Assembly (NCBI GenBank): GCA_017992455.1
Contig: JAGOOP010000002.1
Location: 80,912 to 144,911, forward strand
Length of the DNA stretch: 64,000 nucleotides
From: Candidatus Omnitrophota bacterium
GTDB taxonomy: Bacteria > Omnitrophota > Gorgyraeia > Gygaellales > Profunditerraquicolaceae
Direction of reading: 5' to 3'
Part shown: positions 19,011-28,278 of the stretch, one piece after another
Layout: each line of letters begins with the position of its first letter
Numbering within the stretch: the stretch's first letter is position 1
Position numbers and translations under genes: made by a program
The notes under the pieces: model-generated
Told to the model about the DNA's origin: nothing
Databases searched by the model: none
Seen by the model: only the letters and a program-made list of their open reading frames with translations

Positions 19011-20593
19011 CGCTCTTTGATCACTCCGTCCGGAGTATGTCTCAGGACCGTGATGATACGTTCATTCATGATGACTGCATCCGGGGGAATCTCGTCAAAC
19101 AAAAGAAACTGGCGCTCGAACGCGCGGCACAGCGGACTTCTCTGGTCAACGTAATATGAAACGATCCTTCCGGGAATATCCGTCATGTCGCTGACCGCCA
19201 CAATGGCGATCCGGTCTTTACGTCTCATCTCGTTCAATGCGGTAAAGTAGGGTTTCCACCACCGGGCGTACTCGCGCATATCGGCGTATTTCGCCCTCAA
19301 AAATATCGCGGCGGACAGCGAGTTCACGAGAAGGACTGATGCAAGCGCCACCGCGGCGGTGCGGGCACGCGACGAGCTGACCCTTCCGGCGAGAGATGAC
19401 ACGCAATATCCCGCAAAAAACGACGCGACAGCGAGATGGATAACATAGTAATGGTGCGCGGCGCGGTACATCACCAGCGGAGCAAGCGCTATGCACAATA
19501 CAAGGATTGCAAGCACGCGACGCCGCATATCAGGGTTTTGCTTCCAATACATGGCCAGACCGACAACGGAACAGACGAGATACGGAAGCGCGGCTGCATT
19601 AAAATGGCCGCGGAACGAACTGCGGCCGGGAAGCCACGCTTCCCATACGAAAAGGTCCAGAACGAACTGAAAAATATTTTCATACGCCGCCATGAAGGCC
19701 GAGACGATATTTGCGGCCACCCCCCTGCCCACGGCATAACTCGGGGTTCCGGGAGCGTAATTGAACCAATAATTGAAGAAATATGTCCAATCGACTTTTT
19801 GCCCTGCCAGGAAGAGAACGGTCAAAAAGGATACAAGAAAAAGCGCCGCCCCTTTCGCCTTGTCGCCCGCGGCGATCATGCGATGGCTCAGTATGTATCC
19901 AAGAATGAACACAGGCAGCGGAAGCGCGATCGCGATCTTCGTGAGAAGCGCCAGCGCAGCTGCGGACGCTGACAGAATAAGATATGCATACGATACCCCG
20001 CTGGCGCGATGGGTGCCGACATACCGGAACATAGCCCATAGGCTGAAAAACACAAAAAACACAAGCAGCGGTTCGGGGGATATCTTATTGAAATAATAGA
20101 GCACGATGCCCGTGGTCGCGTACGCGGCGATGGCGATCTGGGAACTTGTCTTGGTCAAATAAAAACGGGCGACCGAATACACCGCATAGAACGAAGCCAG
20201 ATAGCAGCACGTTATGAACAATTTGACAGCCAGGATGATCCAAAAGATATTCTTTGCCGCAAAAGCAGCGAAATCGACTGCCGGGCCGGAAAAAAAAGAC
20301 GCGATATGCATGAGGCGGCTTATCGCGTGTATGCAAAAGATCAACGGTATCCCCGGATGCCCGACAAAACCGGCATACCGGGACTCTGAAAACGTGATTC
20401 CCGCTCCGATATAAAAACCGTCGGGGTCCCAGTTGACGGGATACGTGACCCCGAACAGCGATATGGCCCAGTTCCCAAACAGGCCGTTAAAGCTGAATAA
20501 GAGCGAAAGCGACACGTAGATAAAGCTCAAAACCGGCCAGAAATAAGGGATACCGCCATCATCGTGTTCGCTTCGCGCCACAGGTACAGACAT
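19007..20593 (-). CDS. Polytopic membrane protein (possible GT-C / PMT-ArnT-like glycosyltransferase)
   Basis: I trimmed the track ORF to the ATG at 20593, which lies 1 nt after the upstream TAA. The protein is about 528 aa with at least 10 TM spans and a soluble C-terminal domain of about 100 aa. I cannot name the family. Confidence 0.35.
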   Translation of the reverse strand: MSVPVARSEHDDGGIPYFWPVLSFIYVSLSLLFSFNGLFGNWAISLFGVTYPVNWDPDGFYIGAGITFSESRYAGFVGHPGIPLIFCIHAISRLMHIASFFSGPAVDFAAFAAKNIFWIILAVKLFITCCYLASFYAVYSVARFYLTKTSSQIAIAAYATTGIVLYYFNKISPEPLLVFFVFFSLWAMFRYVGTHRASGVSYAYLILSASAAALALLTKIAIALPLPVFILGYILSHRMIAAGDKAKGAALFLVSFLTVLFLAGQKVDWTYFFNYWFNYAPGTPSYAVGRGVAANIVSAFMAAYENIFQFVLDLFVWEAWLPGRSSFRGHFNAAALPYLVCSVVGLAMYWKQNPDMRRRVLAILVLCIALAPLVMYRAAHHYYVIHLAVASFFAGYCVSSLAGRVSSSRARTAAVALASVLLVNSLSAAIFLRAKYADMREYARWWKPYFTALNEMRRKDRIAIVAVSDMTDIPGRIVSYYVDQRSPLCRAFERQFLLFDEIPPDAVIMNERIITVLRHTPDGVIKER

Positions 20594-20594
20594 C

Positions 20595-22475
20595 TTAATG
20601 CTTCCGCCTTTCGATACGGCGTTCGATCGCGGCATTGACCCTGGCATCGAGATCGCTGACAGCGGCGTTCATGGCTTCGGGGATCTGCCTTTTGATCACG
20701 CCTGAAACCTGTAAAATTTCATTCACGACCGTTTCGGTTATCCTGGGAAGTTCGCTCCGCAGGGCCTCGCGAAGCACAATAACGGACTTATCCACGGGGC
20801 TGCTGAGCACAGACTTGACCTGGAGCATCATTATCCCTGTCGTGATGATCATGAATACCCCCACAACAGAGCTGGCGATCAAGCTGATAAAAAAGGTCTT
20901 CAGGTAGGGATTTCCCCTGTTTTTGATCTTTGACCGGATCTCTACATACTTCGCGGTAAGCTCTTTTTCCAATTTATCATACGTGTCCGCATCGGGTCGC
21001 TCGGTCACGGTCATCGCTTCTTTTTCGAGGCAGATTCTTTCAAGTCCCGACTGAGCGACCTCAAGTGCCAGCTCATACTTCCCCTCGAGGGCAAGAAAGT
21101 TGATCGTATCGAAAAGCTTGCCGTATGCTTCTGATATGTTCTGCCGGGCGGTCATATGGTCTCCTTTTCGCTTGACAAAACGCCGGAGATCGATGGAAAA
21201 CTCCGGCATTTTGATGTGACTAGTGCGTCGTATCCCCACGAGCATGCCTGTCATGATCCAGAAGATCGGCCCGCTTTTACTGGTGACAAACGATTCCAGA
21301 CCAATACCCATGCTCAGATATGCTGCAAGAAGCGCGATGTAAAAAACCAGCGCTCTGCGGTTCGGACGCAGTGACCACGCAAATCCGAACAACATGAAGA
21401 ACCAGATCGCGGTGCCTGTGATTCCGAGAACGAGAAGATTCCGGGCATACTGGCTGTCATAGGCAGTCGTGAACCACACCCGGTCCATATTACTCTGGCC
21501 CGCGAGATATCCGGCGCCGGCGATCAATTCGCCCGGACCCTTTATCGCAGCGAACTTCGGGGCGATGTCGTAACGGTACCTCAAGACAGTCGATTCGATC
21601 GGATTGCGCAGGCGCCGAAGATCAAGGCCAAGGAACCTCCCCCCGAACACATGATGATATAAAAAAACAAGAATGACCCCGCCCGCGATCAGCACGGCCC
21701 ATCGGCGGCCAGCGCACAGCATCGAGGCCTTGCGCGGTACGGGGCAGTCCCTCACCGCATACAGCGCCGTCAAAAAAATGAGGCTCGCGAACGAAGTCGA
21801 TTTCGAGCCTGTTGCCAGGCAGTTTACCAACGAAATAACGATCAGCGCGTAGAGGATCACGCGTTCCCGCCTGGTACGGACAAGATCGAAGAACAAAAGA
21901 AATGCGGACATAAGCATCGCTCCGAAATAGACCTGACCCGACAGCGACGGAGAGTTCTCTACAAATTGCGCGCCTATGCCGTAGCCGCTCGGAACGCCCA
22001 TTGCCATATTGAATATGCCAGCTGCGGCGTTCGCAATGATCAGTCCCAGGATAACGGCCGCGGCCGCGCGGGTATGGCCCGCGGCAAAAAGATAATAAAA
22101 TAAAAGGAAAAAAAGGAAATACTGAAATTCCTTGCTCCAGAAGATGACGAACAGGAATCCGTGCCTCTCCTGCCCTGCAAGGACCCGCGCAAGCGACAAA
22201 AAAAACCCGTAAAAAAAATATATCAACGGAAGGACCGATTCCCGCCGGATGACGAGTTGTTTGCGATAAAGCTTGAATACAAGCAGTATCAGAATACCGA
22301 TCGATACGATATCTTCAAGCCGTATTTTCGCGCCGCTGCCCAGCTCGATCCGGGGAAAAAAGAATATGCCGATGAGCACCGATATGGCACCCAACACAAG
22401 GAGGGAATCACTCCGACTATACAGCTTGATCCTCTCCCGTATCATTTCTACGGAGCGTATGACGCGTATGTCCAT
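20595..22475 (-). CDS. O-antigen polymerase/ligase-like membrane protein with a C-terminal coiled-coil plus TM extension of about 200 aa
   Basis: 626 aa. The N-terminal roughly 410 aa are polytopic with a Wzy-like organisation. The C-terminal part is charged and helical (EKELTAKYVEIRSKIKNR), followed by one TM (FFISLIASSVVGVFMIITTGIMML) and a helical tail. Confidence 0.5.
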   Translation of the reverse strand: MDIRVIRSVEMIRERIKLYSRSDSLLVLGAISVLIGIFFFPRIELGSGAKIRLEDIVSIGILILLVFKLYRKQLVIRRESVLPLIYFFYGFFLSLARVLAGQERHGFLFVIFWSKEFQYFLFFLLFYYLFAAGHTRAAAAVILGLIIANAAAGIFNMAMGVPSGYGIGAQFVENSPSLSGQVYFGAMLMSAFLLFFDLVRTRRERVILYALIVISLVNCLATGSKSTSFASLIFLTALYAVRDCPVPRKASMLCAGRRWAVLIAGGVILVFLYHHVFGGRFLGLDLRRLRNPIESTVLRYRYDIAPKFAAIKGPGELIAGAGYLAGQSNMDRVWFTTAYDSQYARNLLVLGITGTAIWFFMLFGFAWSLRPNRRALVFYIALLAAYLSMGIGLESFVTSKSGPIFWIMTGMLVGIRRTSHIKMPEFSIDLRRFVKRKGDHMTARQNISEAYGKLFDTINFLALEGKYELALEVAQSGLERICLEKEAMTVTERPDADTYDKLEKELTAKYVEIRSKIKNRGNPYLKTFFISLIASSVVGVFMIITTGIMMLQVKSVLSSPVDKSVIVLREALRSELPRITETVVNEILQVSGVIKRQIPEAMNAAVSDLDARVNAAIERRIERRKH

Positions 22476-22482
22476 AAAGCGC

Positions 22483-23331
22483 TTAAAGGCTGTTGATGCG
22501 TCTTTTTAGGGATAATATGTACTGCCACCATTCATATCGCGATAAGAACGAATGCAGCTGTCTGCGAAACGGGAGCCTTCGCAATCCGGTGCGGGTAAAC
22601 AACCAGTCAGATTCTCGGATCGACAGCATCTGACTGAAACCTCCTGCTAATCTGTAATTCTTTCTGGTCTCAGGCCCTCCAACACGCTCTTTCTGTCCAT
22701 AGCGGGAGTGGGCGTAATCATGGTTCTGATGAACGACCGTAATAGCGTCGGTACAATCATAGATGGGCACGCCCATCCGTTTGACCCTCCACAGGACCCA
22801 GTTATCCCAACCCTGCCTGCCCACCGCGAAATCAGGCATGTCGATGCGCAGGTCCCGGGGGAATATCATGTAATCGATCCCGGAGTATCCGTGCAGCCTG
22901 CCGCTGCTTGTTATAAGCCGCCGCATCCGATCGGGCCACGCGCTGTCCTCAAAAGGGATATCCCGCCCCACGTCAAGGTCCCAGCGCCTGCCCACGCAAA
23001 AGAAACGCCCCTGCGCCAAACGCTTCAGCGCGCGCACCAGGTCCGGCAGGAGGATAATATCGGCGTTCGCGTACATAAGGATCGAGCGGCGCGCATTGCC
23101 GTGCGCAGACCGAAAAGCGGCGCTCACCAGCGGGGTGCCATGCTCATTTGTTTTTATATCCGGATAGTGGACCGCGCGGTAGTCGGCGGCGGCATTACTG
23201 ACGCCTGTTTCATTGCCGTAAAGCAAAATTTCGACATCGTCCCCGAGCGCGCGCCAGCTGCCGATCGCGTTCCGTTGAATCATGCCGGTCGAACCCGTAA
23301 ACGGCTTTGGAATCGAGAATATGGTAATCAT
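22483..23331 (-). CDS. Uncharacterised soluble protein, putative GT-A-like glycosyltransferase
   Basis: 282 aa. Contains IFSIPKPFTG...IQRNAIGSW...ILLYGNETG...LMYANADIILLPD...VGRRWDLD. I recognise this as a recurrent uncharacterised family in glycan loci. The function is unproven. Confidence 0.35.
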   Translation of the reverse strand: MITIFSIPKPFTGSTGMIQRNAIGSWRALGDDVEILLYGNETGVSNAAADYRAVHYPDIKTNEHGTPLVSAAFRSAHGNARRSILMYANADIILLPDLVRALKRLAQGRFFCVGRRWDLDVGRDIPFEDSAWPDRMRRLITSSGRLHGYSGIDYMIFPRDLRIDMPDFAVGRQGWDNWVLWRVKRMGVPIYDCTDAITVVHQNHDYAHSRYGQKERVGGPETRKNYRLAGGFSQMLSIRESDWLFTRTGLRRLPFRRQLHSFLSRYEWWQYILSLKRRINSL

Positions 23332-23336
23332 GCCGA

Positions 23337-23972
23337 TTATTTCACTGCTTCAAGGTTCAGGCTGATATGCCACCGGGCGCCGCACAGCGCTATCGTCCGC
23401 CCGGACCAATCGTCAAAATCATGATACGCTGCCGTTGCAGGATCCCATGGACGCACGTCCCGGAAACCGCTTTTGAACAGGGATTCCGTTAAATACCGCT
23501 CGTTGAACACAGACGCATGGAAATTGGCGGGATATCCCTGGCCGCCCATGAGCGGAGACACGATGTCCTCGATCCTTTTTCGCTCGCGATACATGCCAAC
23601 GATAACGTCGAAATCAGGGACCGAGAGCCGCAGGATACCGCCGTCCTTGAGGACCCTGCGCAAGTCTTTAAGCGTTGCGGGCAGGTCCGCGTAGGGCAGA
23701 TGCTCAAGAACATGACACGCGTAAATAAGATCGGCATGATCCGGCGGAAAAACACCTGCGCACTCCTGAATCGAATGGACATAGTGAATATGCCATCCCG
23801 GCCTGCTGTCCACGTTGATATATCTTTTATCCTGAAGATCCCCGCAGCCTACGTGGATCAAGACTTTACCGTCAGGGTTATCCGGTAATCTGCGCCTGAA
23901 GAATTTCCTCGCACAGGCGCCCGGCCCGAACAATATGAAGCCTTCGATCTTCTTCAGGATCTTGGTTAACAT
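23337..23972 (-). CDS. SAM-dependent methyltransferase (Methyltransf_11/23-like)
   Basis: Trimmed to the ATG at 23972, 2 nt after the upstream stop. Contains LIHVGCGD, YACHVLEHL and GGILRLSVPD. Confidence 0.65.
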   Translation of the reverse strand: MLTKILKKIEGFILFGPGACARKFFRRRLPDNPDGKVLIHVGCGDLQDKRYINVDSRPGWHIHYVHSIQECAGVFPPDHADLIYACHVLEHLPYADLPATLKDLRRVLKDGGILRLSVPDFDVIVGMYRERKRIEDIVSPLMGGQGYPANFHASVFNERYLTESLFKSGFRDVRPWDPATAAYHDFDDWSGRTIALCGARWHISLNLEAVK

Positions 23973-23974
23973 GA

Positions 23975-25438
23975 TCAGATGACCTTGATCTTCGTTACCG
24001 CATGAATGACTCTGACCGCACCGAAGAAAGTCAAGATATACAAGCATATGCCGGCAAGGACCGTCAGGATCAGATTAAGATTGTATACTGCCGGCGACAC
24101 AATGAGCAAGGCCATTACCGCCGCCGCGATGATGACCGCGATCACGAACCATAGAATGTGCCTGTTCAAAGGCTTTATCACGGTGCAAACCGCTGTTGCC
24201 CTGAAATAAAAATAAAGCATCACCAGATAGCTGATAACCGAAGAGAACGCTGCTCCGTAAAGGCTGTATTTCGGTATCAATATCAAGTTCAGGATAATAT
24301 TGGTGGCCGCGCCAGATATGGAAATGAAAAAGGTTTTTTTCTGTTGATTCGCGGCTACCAGCGCATTCCCGAAGGGACAACTCAAAAACGATAAACCGGA
24401 CATAAAGACAAGGATCTGCAAAACCATGACGGACGGATAGTAGGCGCTTCCGTAAAAGAACTGTATGATCTTGTCCGCAAGGATCGAGCCGACGACAACG
24501 ATTGGCGCAGCCAGAAATATCATAATTCCCATCTGATAATTCCAGGCATTCTGGAATCTCTCCCTCGATTCATGAGAAAACTTGCTTAAAATCGGTAGAA
24601 AATTCAACGTGATGATGCTTGCCGGCCCCGAAAGGAGATACACTATCTTAAGGCTGGCATTATACCATCCGGTCTGCGACATCTGTTTAAGATATCCCAT
24701 TATGATCGAATCGATATAGCTGTAAAGGACACCGGAAATAGAGGTTAACGCCAGCGGCCATGACATTGACAGGAATTTCATCCAGTCCGCCGGCTCAACA
24801 TTGAACCTTAGCGGTATGAATCTGGCGCTGAATATGAGAAATAGCAGTGATACGGAAAATAAGCCCGACAATAAATAAGCGTAGGAAATATTTTCCAGGG
24901 ATGGACGCGTGAAAATCACGAAGAATACAAACCCGACCATGGTCACGACTATGAATATATTAGACCAGGCCTCATATTCCATCCTCTGCTGCGCCCGCCA
25001 AAAGGCATAGAGGAGCTCCGGAAACTGCGTTATAAAAGAGAAAACGGCCAATACCCATATAACCCTGCGTATCCCGGGATCTGCAGTGATAAAAAATGAC
25101 GTGAGAAAAACCAGCACAAAAGTAGAGACGCCCAAAAAGACCTTGAGTGTGAATAAAGAGGAGAATTCCTTCTTGGCAACCTTCTCTTTGCTGAATTCTC
25201 TGGTTATTATCGAAGACAGGCCGAGGTCAAGAAAACTCACGAATATCGAAATAAAAGACAGCGCAAAGCTGAATTTGCCGTATTCCGCGGCCCCCAGGAC
25301 CCGGGCTAAATAAATTAACAAAACAGCCCTTATCGCCTTATTGAAGGCTTCAGACACGCTGATCCAAAATGAATTCTTGAATAAAACCTGCTTCAGGCTT
25401 ATGTTTTCAAACAAAACTATTTTAAGTTTTCTCAGCAT
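23975..25438 (-). CDS. wzx: Wzx-type flippase (MOP/polysaccharide biosynthesis protein family)
   Basis: About 487 aa with 12-14 TM spans and the typical N-terminus ...LKQVLFKNSFWISVSEAFNKAIRAVLLIYLARVLG. The track start at 25468 is a TTG. I chose the ATG at 25438. Confidence 0.8.
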   Translation of the reverse strand: MLRKLKIVLFENISLKQVLFKNSFWISVSEAFNKAIRAVLLIYLARVLGAAEYGKFSFALSFISIFVSFLDLGLSSIITREFSKEKVAKKEFSSLFTLKVFLGVSTFVLVFLTSFFITADPGIRRVIWVLAVFSFITQFPELLYAFWRAQQRMEYEAWSNIFIVVTMVGFVFFVIFTRPSLENISYAYLLSGLFSVSLLFLIFSARFIPLRFNVEPADWMKFLSMSWPLALTSISGVLYSYIDSIIMGYLKQMSQTGWYNASLKIVYLLSGPASIITLNFLPILSKFSHESRERFQNAWNYQMGIMIFLAAPIVVVGSILADKIIQFFYGSAYYPSVMVLQILVFMSGLSFLSCPFGNALVAANQQKKTFFISISGAATNIILNLILIPKYSLYGAAFSSVISYLVMLYFYFRATAVCTVIKPLNRHILWFVIAVIIAAAVMALLIVSPAVYNLNLILTVLAGICLYILTFFGAVRVIHAVTKIKVI

Positions 25439-26595
25439 ACGTCGTATTGCTCGTTTGCGTCTATCCAATCGATAAAGTTGTTTTCACAGGCCTTCTTTCC
25501 GGTTTCCACGTACATATCGTCTATGCATCCTATTTTATCAAGGCTGTCAAGATTACATAAATACGGGGCCTTAAGCGCTTCATCGTTCTCGAAAATCAGT
25601 CTCGGATCAGGCAGGTTTATCCCGATACATTTATAAAATACATACGAAGGGATACCCCGCGAGGCGGAATAGATCAAAGAGCTGGAGATGACGGCATAGC
25701 AGGCCCGCACGCGACCCGCGATAGATTCAAGATGCATCTGTGATGTCAAGCCGCCGGTATATACGTGAACCCTGGATGAATCCAATCCGGGCATGGCACG
25801 CCCCTTATCCTGAGGATGAGGCTTACAGATGAACTGACAATCTTTATAATGATCGAACAGGGCGTCGTAAAATCTCTTGAACATGACTACATTACTCTCG
25901 ATGGACAGATCACACCCGATAGAATCAAGCTGCCTGTCGCTGTATATGATGACTATATCCCCTCTGCCGGATAATCTGCCGCGCAGCGGGCGGTAAAAAA
26001 AGAATGTTTTGTTTGCCGCTGCGCCGTTACCGAATCCGCGCTCATCGCCGAAAGCGCTCAGAAAACCTATTATTCTGTCCCTCGGTTCTTTAAAGTAAAG
26101 AAAACTTGCCAGTTTGTGGCGCCAGACAAGATTGGTTCTCAACAGAAAAGAGTATAGTATACACATTAAACTTCCGGGAATGTCGATTTGACGGCCAAAG
26201 GCATAATCCTGACGAATAGCGACCAGTTCTTTGAATTTACTTTTACGCTTCAGCGCGGAAATGATAAGATTAACCGGCAGGTACGCAGAACAGTCGGATA
26301 TGACCGTGAACTTCATGATTTGATCCAATATCGGGTTTATCTGATCATCAAACTCTTTCAGAAATCGATGCGCCTTCATTAAACCCGAGAATAGATTGAA
26401 TTTATAATTCACGTCCGGCAGCATAATGATGCGATCGGCCTTGCCGACGCACAAATTTATCACTTCAGGATTGATATACGGATGACTGCAAATGATCAAG
26501 ACCGTCAAGTAACGACCGCGCGTCCTTTCCATTACCGCCATATAATCGTTCAAAGTGCCCGGGTGATATGTTATAAAAAATATGGCTTTTTTCAT
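25432..26595 (-). CDS. Uncharacterised GT-B-like protein with an xHP motif; candidate CMP-sugar (NulO) transferase
   Basis: 387 aa. Contains FICKPHPQDKG, then about 45 aa later VISSSLIYSASRGIPSYVF. I cannot assign a family. Confidence 0.35.
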   Translation of the reverse strand: MKKAIFFITYHPGTLNDYMAVMERTRGRYLTVLIICSHPYINPEVINLCVGKADRIIMLPDVNYKFNLFSGLMKAHRFLKEFDDQINPILDQIMKFTVISDCSAYLPVNLIISALKRKSKFKELVAIRQDYAFGRQIDIPGSLMCILYSFLLRTNLVWRHKLASFLYFKEPRDRIIGFLSAFGDERGFGNGAAANKTFFFYRPLRGRLSGRGDIVIIYSDRQLDSIGCDLSIESNVVMFKRFYDALFDHYKDCQFICKPHPQDKGRAMPGLDSSRVHVYTGGLTSQMHLESIAGRVRACYAVISSSLIYSASRGIPSYVFYKCIGINLPDPRLIFENDEALKAPYLCNLDSLDKIGCIDDMYVETGKKACENNFIDWIDANEQYDVC

Positions 26596-28278
26596 TTAAT
26601 CCACATTTACCACTGATTTATTATCGATCATCAAACGCGCAATACGATTCACGACTTTGTTATTTCTTATGAAATCCTCGTAATTTTTCAAAACATCCCA
26701 ATCGATACAGTGGCCGAGGAAGAAGACGTCATCCCGGATAAAAGGGATGCGGATGTTAGGGCGAAAATAGTAATGATAGGCATAACGCTCAATGAGGTCA
26801 TGGTTCTTGACCGGATAATCATATAACGGCGACGGATCCTCTAACAATCTGAAATATTCGTCCTTGGAACGTATTTTATATGCGGCGCCGATGTCCGCAT
26901 AATGAATATCGCCGCCGACCAGGACGGGTTTTTTAAAGTAAGAGTGTTCGAGCCCCACGGTTCCGTAGAAGGTTATGCCTATACATCCTTTCTCCATCAG
27001 ATCGTAACTGGTAAGCGGAATATCTTTCCCGATCATTGAAACGTTCTCAGGCAGGCTGGAGAACAATTTTTCTATCACGTCGGCTCCGCCGTGCTTGCCC
27101 TGCTCGAATATAGAATATTCAGCCGGATGCGGTTTAATGAACAAACAGGCGTCCTTCAGCCCGGCAAAATGCGCCACGGTCTCCTTTATCCACCCCAGAT
27201 GGTTATCGAAACACGAAGACGTGGCTTCTTCAAATCCCCTGTCCCATAATTGGTGCAGGTATATGACGAACCTGCGCTTGCCGGAATCGAGCATGCGTAA
27301 AAATTCATCGTCGCGGCCTTTTTTCTGCTCATAAAAGAACCGGTAATCAGCAGTCTTGCCCGACCTTTTCGTTTCCATAAAATCTCTTAATAATTTTTTC
27401 TGGTCAGCGGTCAACGCGACGTCCTTAACACGTTCCCAGACCTCTTTTGCAGGAACGTCATTAGGATCATCGGTCCAGCGCGGAAAATCGAAATAACCCA
27501 TTCCGGGATTCAATACCTTGCGATAGACATATACCGTCACCCCTTTTTTGCTGAGATATTCGGCAAAGGGACCCCAGGCCGCGTAACAGCCATGTAATGT
27601 AAAAATATGCGTCGGCCGCTCTTTTTTCAGGACATTCGAGGCCACTGTCGCCGTCATCATCGCCACGACAATGCTCTTACGCAATTTATCCAGATGCCGT
27701 TTATTATTGCGGTCAAAAATAAACTGAAAATTAAAAATGACCGAGTCGACCGCATGCCTGCCGACATTGACCCCCAAATACACATAACTCTCTAATTCGC
27801 GGTCATTCAGATCCCTGACTATCGCCTGTATCTTTTTTATTTCAGCTTTATCTATAAATTGATCAAAATAAATAAAATCATTGGCGTAGTTCCGTATATG
27901 GAACGGGCGCTGGGTATTGCAGGCACGGCAGATTATCCGGTCGGATATCCCTTTGGTAGCGCCGTCGCAGGACGGCAGACACCCGCCGCAAACAAGATTC
28001 TTGACGGTTGCGCCGTTAAAACGGAAGGCATCGGAGAAAACCTTTTCGAAAACCGCCAGATTACAGGCCGCATTCGTTCTGAGTCCGTATACGATTATTT
28101 TCGCCTTATGTGCGGCGGAGGCCGTCCGGGTTGCCCGGTAATCAGTAAACCCCCTGCGGTTAAAATAAGGCCTGATCTCGGCCAGTACCCTCATATTCCT
28201 GACGAGCGGAATATGTAATAAAGCATAGATAGCCCCGAAAGGCACAAGTTTTAAGAAATTCTTGAGATGTAGTTTCAT
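26596..28278 (-). CDS. Capsule-polysaccharide-biosynthesis (KpsS/LpsZ Capsule_synth)-like protein with an N-terminal Cys cluster
   Basis: 560 aa. Contains CGGCLPSCDG...CRAC, then FIKPHPAEY ... ITFYGTVGLEHSYFKKPVLVGG. Confidence 0.45.
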   Translation of the reverse strand: MKLHLKNFLKLVPFGAIYALLHIPLVRNMRVLAEIRPYFNRRGFTDYRATRTASAAHKAKIIVYGLRTNAACNLAVFEKVFSDAFRFNGATVKNLVCGGCLPSCDGATKGISDRIICRACNTQRPFHIRNYANDFIYFDQFIDKAEIKKIQAIVRDLNDRELESYVYLGVNVGRHAVDSVIFNFQFIFDRNNKRHLDKLRKSIVVAMMTATVASNVLKKERPTHIFTLHGCYAAWGPFAEYLSKKGVTVYVYRKVLNPGMGYFDFPRWTDDPNDVPAKEVWERVKDVALTADQKKLLRDFMETKRSGKTADYRFFYEQKKGRDDEFLRMLDSGKRRFVIYLHQLWDRGFEEATSSCFDNHLGWIKETVAHFAGLKDACLFIKPHPAEYSIFEQGKHGGADVIEKLFSSLPENVSMIGKDIPLTSYDLMEKGCIGITFYGTVGLEHSYFKKPVLVGGDIHYADIGAAYKIRSKDEYFRLLEDPSPLYDYPVKNHDLIERYAYHYYFRPNIRIPFIRDDVFFLGHCIDWDVLKNYEDFIRNNKVVNRIARLMIDNKSVVNVD

